Positions 52,220-60,552 of a stretch of 64,000 bases of DNA are shown here, in pieces. Under the pieces are notes generated by a model, which ran no database searches, had not been told where the DNA came from, and saw only the letters and a list, made by a program, of their open reading frames with translations. A program made the position numbers and the translations under genes. Position 1 is the stretch's first letter. Every line of letters starts with the position of its first letter. Source of the DNA: Chlorobium sp. (GTDB taxonomy: Bacteria; Bacteroidota; Chlorobiia; Chlorobiales; Chlorobiaceae); assembly GCF_021740465.1 (NCBI RefSeq), contig NZ_JAIOZR010000001.1:88800-152799 (forward strand), in the 5' to 3' direction.

Positions 52220-52482
52220 TCGTAACCCAAAGGGCCGACAGCGATCTTAAACACTGGCATCAGAGCGGTAACAAGTCCGTTCAGCGCAAGATCGAAAAAA
52301 TCTTCAACGAACTTCGGGAACATCCAACGAAAGGAAGCGGGAAACCGGAACAGCTCAAAGGAGAGCTGTCGAAATACTGGTCGAGAAGACTGAACAAAAA
52401 AGACCGGCTCATCTATCGCATCGACGAAAACGTTGTCATCGTTTACATCCTTTCCCTCTGCGGCCATTACGACGACACGTAA
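52201..52482 (+). CDS. type II toxin, Txe/YoeB family
   Basis: [45 protein letters not shown]...GHY is collinear with YoeB (GKGKPEPLK...WSRRI...RLVY...YHY). Confidence 0.8.
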   Translation: MGKYSIIVTQRADSDLKHWHQSGNKSVQRKIEKIFNELREHPTKGSGKPEQLKGELSKYWSRRLNKKDRLIYRIDENVVIVYILSLCGHYDDT

Positions 52483-52610
52483 AAAAACAGTTGAACCGGC
52501 TGACAGGAACTCGCTCTAATCCTGTTCAGTTGTTCGGGTATGCTCCATCATTGGAATATACCCCACTGCAATTAAACTTCATGTTTTCAGTCACGACCCT
52601 GAGTTCCGTA

Positions 52611-52679
52611 CGAACTTGAATTCCACGCCACCTCCGAATTCAAGACCGCCGGGGAGTAACCTCCCTTCCCCGCCTGAAA
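52611..52679 (+). repeat. direct repeat copy 2 (att-like), an orphan prfC 3'-end fragment
   Basis: The same 47-mer as 51647-51693. An in-frame TGA lies just upstream, so only a gene-end fragment is present. The stop is TAA here versus TGA in copy 1. Confidence 0.85.
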
Positions 52680-52941
52680 ATACGTTTGACGGACAGGGCT
52701 CCGGATCTCTGGGAAGCCCTGATGACTGGAACTGAACACCCAACGAGGTAAACGCAGTAACGCAAACCTTCAGGCATGAAAACCCGGAACTTGCCGCATG
52801 TAACTCACCAGCAATCTGAATGGCTCAGGCAAAAAAATCAGGGAAAAAATGTAAGTTTACCCGGTAGCGATAATGAGCCTCCCCTGCCCTGCATGATGGA
52901 ATATCACAGCAAAAACCTGAACCTGATTCATACGAGAAGTA

Positions 52942-53865
52942 ATGGAAATTAAAACCGATCTCTATTTGGGTGACTGCCTGAATATCCTCAAAGAGCTGCC
53001 GGACAACTCGGTAGACCTGATATTCACCTCACCGCCATATGCAGATCAAAGAGAAAAAACCTATGGCGGAATTCATCCGGATAAATACGTTGCGTGGTTC
53101 CTGCCTATAACTGAACAACTCCTGAGAGTCCTCAAACCTACCGGCACGTTTGTTCTCAACATAAAGGAAAAGGTTGTCAACGGAGAAAGAAGTATCTACG
53201 TGATGGAGCTCATCCTTGAGATGAAAAGACAACAGGGCTGGTTTTGGACCGAGGAGTTCATCTGGCATAAAAAAAACTGCTATCCCGGTAAATGGCCAAA
53301 CCGGTTCAGAGACTCCTGGGAAAGACTGATACAGTTCAATAAAAGCAAGCAGTTCTACATGAACCAGGAAACCGTCATGGTTCCTATGGGCGAGTGGTCG
53401 AAAAGCCGTCTCAAAAGGCTCAGTGAAACAGACAAAACCCGTGATGAATCCAAAGTCGGCAGTGGATTCGGGAAAAACATTTCAAACTGGCTTGACCGGG
53501 AAAAGGCATATCCAACAAATGTACTCCATCTGGCAACCGAGTGTAACAACAAAAACCACAGTGCTGCATTTCCGCAAGGACTTCCGGAATGGTTCATCAA
53601 GCTCTTCACCAAAGAAGGCGACACGGTACTCGACCCGTTCATGGGCTCCGGCACAACCAACGCTGTAGCCAAAAGAATGAAAAGAAACTCGATCGGCATA
53701 GAAATTGTCCCTGAGTACTACGAGATGGTCAGAAACGAACTCGAACCGACGGAACTTTACCTGCTGGAAAAAAAGAACAGCTATGCAACAAATCTCCCTG
53801 AATTTCTTGTACCGTGTATATTGACGTATTACGATACCTTCCCTTTTCTTCCCTTCTCTTACTGA
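52942..53865 (+). CDS. DNA methyltransferase, beta-class N4-cytosine/N6-adenine type
   Basis: Motif IV DLIFTSPPYADQ near the N-terminus and motif I VLDPFMGSGTT near the C-terminus (beta-class permuted order). SPPY is most often seen in m4C enzymes. Confidence 0.85.
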   Translation: MEIKTDLYLGDCLNILKELPDNSVDLIFTSPPYADQREKTYGGIHPDKYVAWFLPITEQLLRVLKPTGTFVLNIKEKVVNGERSIYVMELILEMKRQQGWFWTEEFIWHKKNCYPGKWPNRFRDSWERLIQFNKSKQFYMNQETVMVPMGEWSKSRLKRLSETDKTRDESKVGSGFGKNISNWLDREKAYPTNVLHLATECNNKNHSAAFPQGLPEWFIKLFTKEGDTVLDPFMGSGTTNAVAKRMKRNSIGIEIVPEYYEMVRNELEPTELYLLEKKNSYATNLPEFLVPCILTYYDTFPFLPFSY

Positions 53866-53991
53866 TTACAATACTCTACAGCCTTCCTCCCTATCCTTTG
53901 ATTGCTTCACTTTTCGCTTTGTTTCTTATGGTTTTGTGATTAATTTGTGAGATTTCACAAGGCGTGTCACAAAAACAGGGGAATCGGCGAT

Positions 53992-55263
53992 ATGGGCGTG
54001 AAGGTTATCGAGCGAAAAGCAGCGTCGGGAGATATAGCGTTTTCGATAGACGTTTATCATAAAGACTTCGGGCGTTTCCGGCAGTCTACCGGATTAAAGG
54101 CAAGCCAGAAAGACCGTAAGGCGTACGCCAAAGCGAAGGCTGAGACGGAAGAGCAGCGACGACAGATTGAAAAGCAGCTTGAGCGGGATCCTGCCGGCAC
54201 ATTCAGCAGGAAAGCAAGACAGACGGATGATTTTCTTGATTACTATCGGAGCTACGCAGAAAAAGGGAGACATTCCGTTTTTATGAATGTTATACCGATT
54301 CTCCAGCGGTTCACCGGGGGCAAGCTATTGTTCAGTGAACTGAATTCTATCTGGTTGGAACGGTTCAAAGCGCACCTACTGACTATTGAGACTATCAGCC
54401 AGAACACGGCGACGGATTATCTCCGTTCCGTGAAAACAGTCATTCGGGCAGCTTGGAGGCTTGGGTACATCGAGCAGGATTTTACCGGCAAAGTATCGGG
54501 AATAAAGAAGGTTGCCATTGAGACGGAATTCCTTCAGGTCGAGCAGCTCAAGGCGTTGCATCGGGCGGAATGCAGTAATGAGATGATTAAGCAAGCGTTC
54601 TTTTTCGGTTGCTTCACCGGGCTAAGAATTTCAGATATTGAGGCGCTCACATGGCAGAAGGTTTCTTTGGTCAATGGAGTCCCGTACATCCGCTTTCAGC
54701 AGGTTAAGACGGGCCAGTATGAAAACTATCCTCTTACTGCCGATGCCGTGAAGGTTCTGCAAGCTGTTCGGGGGATCTATGCGGAATTCGCTCCAGAGGG
54801 TAGCGATAGCGTGTTCATCCTTCCGAGTCGGAGCCGATTGGGGCAGATTCTTCACGTCTGGGGATTATCGGCAGGGTTGAAATTTCGGTTACACTTCCAT
54901 GTTTCCCGGCACACCTTCGCCACATCGGCGCTTACTGCCGGCGTGGATCATTATACGGTTTCAAAACTGTTAGGACATACGGACATAGGGACTACGCAGC
55001 GATATATAAGGCTTGTTGATTCCAAGAGGCTTGCAGCGGTTCAGTCGTTACCAGACGTGCTTCAGTCATTCCCGGCGGATCAGGCAGTGTTCCCGGCGCC
55101 ACCAGCAGCAGCCGGCACGGGAAAGAGCACGCTATCTAAGGCGCTTGAGGTGAAAGGCCAGAAGATTGCAGCGGCGTTATCGTTGCCTCGGGATGATGAC
55201 GGGCGCTATCTGTTCGACGGGCAGCGATATACAGCGGTTGAACTTGCAATTGAGGTTCAGTAA
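53992..55263 (+). CDS. tyrosine-type site-specific integrase
   Basis: Start placed at the ATG at 53992 (MGVKVIERK); the track starts at the GTG at 53947. Box I is TGLRISDIEAL. Box II is HVSRHTFATSAL...LLGHTDIGTTQRYIRL (R-H-R-Y catalytic set). Confidence 0.9.
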   Translation: MGVKVIERKAASGDIAFSIDVYHKDFGRFRQSTGLKASQKDRKAYAKAKAETEEQRRQIEKQLERDPAGTFSRKARQTDDFLDYYRSYAEKGRHSVFMNVIPILQRFTGGKLLFSELNSIWLERFKAHLLTIETISQNTATDYLRSVKTVIRAAWRLGYIEQDFTGKVSGIKKVAIETEFLQVEQLKALHRAECSNEMIKQAFFFGCFTGLRISDIEALTWQKVSLVNGVPYIRFQQVKTGQYENYPLTADAVKVLQAVRGIYAEFAPEGSDSVFILPSRSRLGQILHVWGLSAGLKFRLHFHVSRHTFATSALTAGVDHYTVSKLLGHTDIGTTQRYIRLVDSKRLAAVQSLPDVLQSFPADQAVFPAPPAAAGTGKSTLSKALEVKGQKIAAALSLPRDDDGRYLFDGQRYTAVELAIEVQ

Positions 55264-55278
55264 ACAACAATAAAACAA

Positions 55279-55980
55279 GTGGATGATATGAATATTCATT
55301 GGGGCGTCATCAAGGTTCTTCAGGATGCAGCGGAATCCTTTATTGAGAAAGAGCAAGGCAAAGCGAGGTTTCACCGGGAACAACAGCTTTGCTGTGGCGC
55401 AATGACAGATGAGGGCTTAAAGCATGACCGGATAGTTAAAGAAGGATATCGGCGCATTACTGAGGTCGAGACGTTCCGGGAAAAGCTGTCTGATGTTGCG
55501 ACTACGGAGGATATTGATTCTTTGTTGAGCGATAGGGTTCGGGGGTGGCTCATTTTAGGAATGGCGAGTAAGGCTGATGCCAGCCGGTGGACGAAAGAAC
55601 TTGTCGATTCGGGAGAATGGAGCTTAAAAAAAGGATTGATGCCGTATGAGCAGTATTTCATGTTTCAGGCTCATAATCTCCTACGGCGGCTCCCGGCTGA
55701 TTTATCGGAACCAGTCGATCAAGCACACAGTTTAAACGCTGAATCCCGATGCTTACAGTTCATCGAAGAACGCCATAAACTGGCGGCTCCTGATGATCAA
55801 CTGCTTTATCTCCCATTAAAAGGAGGGCGGAGACCGGTTGGAGCGAAAACCAAGACAGGTTATATCGCAAAGCTATATGATGATTTTAAGAAAGAGTCTC
55901 CAGTTTTGGTTGCGCTATCAGTGTTTGAGCAGGCATTTAAGACATACAAAAGGCAATTGAACGAGAAAAAGAATAGGTAG
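55279..55980 (+). CDS. hypothetical protein (element-encoded)
   Basis: 233-aa ORF 16 nt after the integrase stop. No motif recognised. Confidence 0.5.
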   Translation: MDDMNIHWGVIKVLQDAAESFIEKEQGKARFHREQQLCCGAMTDEGLKHDRIVKEGYRRITEVETFREKLSDVATTEDIDSLLSDRVRGWLILGMASKADASRWTKELVDSGEWSLKKGLMPYEQYFMFQAHNLLRRLPADLSEPVDQAHSLNAESRCLQFIEERHKLAAPDDQLLYLPLKGGRRPVGAKTKTGYIAKLYDDFKKESPVLVALSVFEQAFKTYKRQLNEKKNR

Positions 55981-56075
55981 AAATAAGGACACCTTATACC
56001 TATTCGTCCTTCCTATAAATCCATTAGTAACATGCACTTGCAGTTAACAGAACTTCAAGTAAACATGTTGCTATT

Positions 56076-56306
56076 ATGGAAAGCACACTTCTTACCAGAC
56101 CTGAGAAAAAGTTCTTCTCTACTCCTGAGCTTGTCACTTTCCTGCATGACTATGCGGGCATGACTGTTTCCAAATCGACAGTATTCAAGTGGTCGATGCT
56201 TGGGAAAATTCCTTGCCAGAAAGCGCCAAACGGCAGACTCCTTTTTCCCGTGGATAAGGTTCAGCAATGGATCGAGAGCGGCAGCGTCGAGCAAGGGGAG
56301 GGCTGA
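56076..56306 (+). CDS. excisionase/AlpA-like helix-turn-helix protein
   Basis: 76 aa. FFSTPELVTFLHDYAGMTVSKSTVFKWSMLGKIPCQKAPNGRLLFPVDKVQQWI fits the MerR/excisionase-type HTH_17 pattern. Confidence 0.65.
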   Translation: MESTLLTRPEKKFFSTPELVTFLHDYAGMTVSKSTVFKWSMLGKIPCQKAPNGRLLFPVDKVQQWIESGSVEQGEG

Positions 56307-56309
56307 GCG

Positions 56310-56579
56310 ATGACGCGAAAAAGCAAAAGCCTCACCGGGCGAAAGGTGAGGCTTAAGAAGGAAATTGATGCTGATGGGCGAGACCAGCGGGAACAGTCTC
56401 AAAATATCCAGCCTGCCGATAATTTCAAAGCCTTCGAGACCTACGAGCGAAATGTCCGGCGGGCCTGCATTGATGCTTACGTGCTCCTGAAGGACTTCCC
56501 GTCACGCTTGCGATTCAGCTACTTCGTCGGCTCAGATGGCAAGCTTCTTGCGCGTTGCGAACGGAGGGCAGGTCAATGA
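56310..56579 (+). CDS. hypothetical protein (element-encoded)
   Basis: 89-aa basic ORF starting 4 nt after the HTH gene. Its stop overlaps the next small ORF (ATGA). Confidence 0.45.
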   Translation: MTRKSKSLTGRKVRLKKEIDADGRDQREQSQNIQPADNFKAFETYERNVRRACIDAYVLLKDFPSRLRFSYFVGSDGKLLARCERRAGQ

Positions 56580-56698
56580 CAAATCAACAGCGCCCACACG
56601 GCAAGAATTCGACCGGGCTATTCGACGATAGCCTGATTCTCAGGTTAAGAGCTTTCCTTGTTCAGCTCAACCGATTCATGGGAGGGCTTGGATTATGA
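56576..56698 (+). CDS. 40-aa ORF, translationally coupled on both sides
   Basis: Below the track length cutoff; read by hand as MTNQQRPHGKNSTGLFDDSLILRLRAFLVQLNRFMGGLGL. Its ATG overlaps the upstream stop (ATGA at 56576-56579). Its TGA overlaps the helicase ATG (ATGA at 56695-56698). Confidence 0.35.
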   Translation: MTNQQRPHGKNSTGLFDDSLILRLRAFLVQLNRFMGGLGL

Positions 56699-58155
56699 CC
56701 AGTATCATTGACGAGATCAGAGCCGAAGCGTTTGAGTCGGAGCCAGAAAAAAAAGATGTTTTGGGATTGTCTGGAATGTCACTTTTGTCACCAAATGAGA
56801 TTCTTGAGCAGCTTCTTGAGCAGATCGAGCCGGTCAATTTTACCGGATTCACGGGCGGCGGAGAGGTTCGAGCAGTTCATCACCGAATCTATTCTATCAA
56901 AAGCGTTGTCCGTTTGGCTGAGTGCAAGAACTGGGGCTTATGCAAAAGAAACGGGGCGGTTTATGTTTTCACCGGGTCGCATTGGCGGCGGGTCGAGGAT
57001 GACGATATGGAAGCGTTCTTGGGTACGGCGGCGCTCCGGACAGGCGTTCCGAGGTATCGGGCAGATGATTACAAATTCCGGGCAGAGCTGTTAAAGCAGT
57101 TTCATAGCGAGGCGCATCTAACCCAGCCGGACATGGGCACGGGTCGAACACTCATCAACCTGCAGAACGGGACATTCGAAATTACACAGTCCGGCCAGCA
57201 GTTACGAGAGTTCCGGCGCGCGGACTTTCTGACGCACGTTTTACCATTCGAGTACAGGGAGGATGCTAAGGCGCCTTTGTTCCGGTCGTTCCTTGAGAGA
57301 GTTTTACCGGATCCGGATTCGCAGCGAGTTTTAGCGGAGTTCGTGGGTTACGTCTTCATCCGTGGGTTGAAACTCGAAAAGGCGCTCATGCTTTACGGCG
57401 GCGGCGCGAACGGGAAGAGCGTCTTTTTCGACATACTTCTTGCCCTGCTTGGGTCAGACAATGCCAGCAGCTACAGCCTTGCCAGCTTGACCGACAGCCG
57501 AAATGCTTACTACCGGGCGATGCTTGCGGATAAGCTTGTGAATTACGCTTCTGAGATTAACAGTAAGGTCGAAGCAAGCATATTCAAACAGATCGTTTCA
57601 GGTGAGCCGGTCGAAGCGAGGTTACCGTACGGGAAACCCTTTATTCTGAAGGAATACGCGAAACTGATTTTCAATGCGAACGAACTGCCGAGAGATGTTG
57701 AACACACGAACGCATATTTTCGGCGGTTCCTGATTATTCCGTTCACGGTTACGATTCCTGAGCACGAGCAGGACAAGCAGTTGGCCGGTAAGATAATTGC
57801 TTCGGAATTGCCGGGCGTTTTTAATTGGGCGTTAGAAGGCTTGCGACGGTTACTCCAACAGAAAAACTTCAGCAATTGCGATGCCGCACGGCACGCGGTC
57901 GATCAGTATAAACGTGAAAGCGATTCTGTTCAAATGTTCGTTGACGATCGAGCGCTTGAGCCTTCAGGTGTTGGCTTCGAGACACTGGGAGACCTCTACA
58001 AAGGCTATAAGAGCTTTTGTGCTGATGACGGTTACCGAGAATTAAATAAGCGGAATTTCTCAAAGCGTTTGGAGGCTTGCGGGTTTGAGAAGGTCAAGAG
58101 GGGTACCGGGTGGGGCTTCGGTTGTTCCCGGCGCGCGGATGAGGAGCCGTTTTAG
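56695..58155 (+). CDS. phage/plasmid primase P4-family C-terminal helicase (D5-like NTPase)
   Basis: Walker A LMLYGGGANGKSVFFDIL, then IFNANELP and YFRRFLIIPF, which are typical of P4 alpha / D5-type replicative NTPases. Confidence 0.8.
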   Translation: MTSIIDEIRAEAFESEPEKKDVLGLSGMSLLSPNEILEQLLEQIEPVNFTGFTGGGEVRAVHHRIYSIKSVVRLAECKNWGLCKRNGAVYVFTGSHWRRVEDDDMEAFLGTAALRTGVPRYRADDYKFRAELLKQFHSEAHLTQPDMGTGRTLINLQNGTFEITQSGQQLREFRRADFLTHVLPFEYREDAKAPLFRSFLERVLPDPDSQRVLAEFVGYVFIRGLKLEKALMLYGGGANGKSVFFDILLALLGSDNASSYSLASLTDSRNAYYRAMLADKLVNYASEINSKVEASIFKQIVSGEPVEARLPYGKPFILKEYAKLIFNANELPRDVEHTNAYFRRFLIIPFTVTIPEHEQDKQLAGKIIASELPGVFNWALEGLRRLLQQKNFSNCDAARHAVDQYKRESDSVQMFVDDRALEPSGVGFETLGDLYKGYKSFCADDGYRELNKRNFSKRLEACGFEKVKRGTGWGFGCSRRADEEPF

Positions 58156-58207
58156 TGACAAAAGTGACATTTATGACAGTGGTAAAACAATCTTTTTTTT
58201 GAGCGTA

Positions 58208-59116
58208 ATGTTTGAGTACCGTTATCACTTGGAGCGGAGCGGATCGAAACATATCTGCCCGGCATGCCAGCAGCGGCGCTTTGTTCGGTACGTTGATACC
58301 GTGACCGGCGAACAGATTGCTGACGATGTAGGCCGATGCGACAGAGAGGATTCATGCGGTTATCACCTGAGACCGAGTGAGTACTTAAGGCAGGCAGGCG
58401 CAAGGCCGCCAGCAGCACCGAGACGAAAGGGGCCGATACTTGAGCCTGAGCCTTCGCTTATTGATGCAGAGATGGCGAATAAGAGCCTTAGGAATTACAA
58501 TGAGAACAATTTCGCGTGGTGGCTTGCCAGCGTGTTCGGGATTGAGAAAGCTTTCGAGCTTGTCGATGCTTATCACGTTGGCACGTCGAAGCATTGGCCG
58601 GGAGCTTCGATATTCTGGCAGCAGGACGTTGCAGGCAGGATCAGGAGCGGGAAAATCATGCTCTATAACGCAGAGACGGGGCGCAGGGTGAAAGAACCGT
58701 TTAATCATACCAATTGGGTACACAAGGTTCTCAATATCGAGCCTTTCCACCTGAAACAGTGCCTGTTCGGAGAGCACCTGCTTATCAGGGAAGAAAAGCC
58801 CGTTGCCCTTGTTGAGAGCGAAAAGACGGCTATCGTTGCTGCAGGATTCATCCCGGAATACTCATGGCTGGCGCTCGGCGGCAAGAGAGGCAATACAGAC
58901 AAGACACGGGAGGCACTGCGAGTATTGCGGAACCGCAAGGTAACGTTATTCCCTGACTTGGGCGCGTTCGACAAATGGAGCGAGATTGCAAAGGGAATGC
59001 CTGGCTTTACGGTGAGTGATATTCTTGAGAGACGAGCAACCGACACGGACAGGGCTGCAGGGTTGGACTTGGCAGATTATCTCTTGATGGAAAACAGGCA
59101 GGCGCTTTCAGCTTGA
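58208..59116 (+). CDS. Zn-ribbon plus Toprim-like primase-domain protein
   Basis: Start placed at MFEYRYH (ATG at 58208). N-terminal ICPACQQRRFVRY...GRCDREDSCGYH (Cys4-type ribbon). Later LVESEKTAIVAA and TLFPDLGAFDKW resemble the Toprim E and DxD motifs. Confidence 0.6.
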   Translation: MFEYRYHLERSGSKHICPACQQRRFVRYVDTVTGEQIADDVGRCDREDSCGYHLRPSEYLRQAGARPPAAPRRKGPILEPEPSLIDAEMANKSLRNYNENNFAWWLASVFGIEKAFELVDAYHVGTSKHWPGASIFWQQDVAGRIRSGKIMLYNAETGRRVKEPFNHTNWVHKVLNIEPFHLKQCLFGEHLLIREEKPVALVESEKTAIVAAGFIPEYSWLALGGKRGNTDKTREALRVLRNRKVTLFPDLGAFDKWSEIAKGMPGFTVSDILERRATDTDRAAGLDLADYLLMENRQALSA

Positions 59117-59169
59117 GATAGAACGGCGGCTATGGGAGAGCCAGCGAGAAGATCCAGCAGCGCGCCGAT

Positions 59170-59613
59170 ATGGCGGCAAGGATCGGGGTTCAGATGAAGG
59201 TTTTACATTACAAACAATCGGCACGAGCCGGACAAACGGGAAAGCACATGAGTAGAAAAAGAGAGAGTTGGGGGAGTGTTACGAGGATAGCAGACAGAGC
59301 GTTCAGGGAAACGGGGCCGGTTTTTTCTGAGAAAATCTTCCCGCTCCTAACTCCTGAATTATCTGAGACCATTGCCGATGTATCCCGGCGAGCCTTTGAA
59401 TCAGACTTTATCAACTCTCAGGAGGTGCGTTGTTTGATGCTGAGCTTATATAACTCTTGGGTATCAGGAAACCCGGATATGGCGCTGCACGTGGCGGAGA
59501 TCGTAGCGGATCAGGTTCTACATATTACGGGAACATTGCAATCTGAAGGTATCGAATTCGACAATGACGGACGGCGGACGGATGGATACGGCGACGAGTA
59601 CGAGATCACGTGA
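59170..59613 (+). CDS. hypothetical protein (element-encoded)
   Basis: 147-aa ORF with no motif recognised. The start is uncertain. Confidence 0.4.
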   Translation: MAARIGVQMKVLHYKQSARAGQTGKHMSRKRESWGSVTRIADRAFRETGPVFSEKIFPLLTPELSETIADVSRRAFESDFINSQEVRCLMLSLYNSWVSGNPDMALHVAEIVADQVLHITGTLQSEGIEFDNDGRRTDGYGDEYEIT

Positions 59614-59747
59614 CCGGAGCGACGGGGAAGGGAGGGGGCGGAAAGAAACTTTTAAAAACGGGCTTGCCAGAATAACACTGCTGGGGATTTTTTTTAGTGC
59701 GCCGATAATTTCGAGTATTTTTGTCAACCAACAAGCGATTCACACCA

Positions 59748-60230
59748 ATGAAAAGACTACCGAAGCAAATGCACATCTTACAAGGCACATACAGACCTGC
59801 ACGGCACGACGGAGAACCTGAGTTCCCGGCAGCGAGCACCAAACCACCGAAACATCTTACACCGGCGGCGCGGGCAGTTTGGCGACAGGAAGCCGTTCCA
59901 CTTATCGAGAACGGAGTTCTGACGGTTGCCGATATTTCTATGATGGCGGATTATTGCCAGCTTGTCGCAGACTACCGAGCGTTGATGCAGGAGATTGGCG
60001 GGTGCTTTGTCGTGGACAGCGCAAGAGAGGACGGCGCGCAAGTGAAAAACCCGGCGTGGCAGATTGCGCGAGACATGCTCCAACTGATAAACGCGATGAG
60101 ACTTCAGTTCGGTTTGTCGCCTGTCTCAAGGTCGAAAGTGACGGCACCGGAGAAGCAAAAGCCGAGCAGTGAGTGGGATGAGTTTTCAGCCGAGATAGCC
60201 AGCAGGGGCCGGATGCAGGGTAATGAATGA
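59748..60230 (+). CDS. phage terminase small subunit, P27 family
   Basis: Start placed at the ATG at 59748 (MKRLPKQMHILQGTYRPARH). LTPAARAVWRQ...GVLTVADISMMADYCQL and NPAWQIARDMLQLINAMRLQFGLSPVSRSKV fit the P27-family TerS pattern. Confidence 0.7.
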   Translation: MKRLPKQMHILQGTYRPARHDGEPEFPAASTKPPKHLTPAARAVWRQEAVPLIENGVLTVADISMMADYCQLVADYRALMQEIGGCFVVDSAREDGAQVKNPAWQIARDMLQLINAMRLQFGLSPVSRSKVTAPEKQKPSSEWDEFSAEIASRGRMQGNE

Positions 60231-60552
60231 TATGGCTTTACGCGAGATCGTTCAACGTGGGCGATTTATGAGCGTCGTTTTTCATGAGAGAGGTGGCGTT
60301 TTTTGCATTCGATGGATAGGCAAGAATTCCAGTAATGGCCGGAAAGCTTTATACTCAGGGGTTAAGGCTCAGAGCGTTGGCGATATACCACCAAAACGCA
60401 ACAAAGGAACGAATAAACGAACAAATAAAGAGACGTATCGGGCAGGTTCAGGATGACTGCAAGGAGCGTATTTCTCGGCTTTTTTTGTTTTATATGAATA
60501 TCTTATCTAAAAAAAATTATTGTCTGGCAGCATAACATTAAAGAGAATCAAA

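Larger units (their letters stand above)
52680..60460 (+). mobile_element. integrative, phage-satellite-like (P4/PICI-like) element; right boundary not defined within the window
   Basis: Contiguous same-strand genes: SPPY methylase, tyrosine integrase, excisionase-like HTH, P4-type helicase, Zn-ribbon/Toprim and a P27-type small terminase. It starts immediately after att-like copy 2. No capsid, portal or large-terminase genes are present. Confidence 0.6.

Noticed and set aside
60223-60456. 77-aa ORF overlapping the TerS stop
   Set aside because: The composition is basic and low-complexity at the C-terminus (KRNKGTNKRTNKETY) with no motif. It could be real, but I cannot support it, so it is left unannotated.
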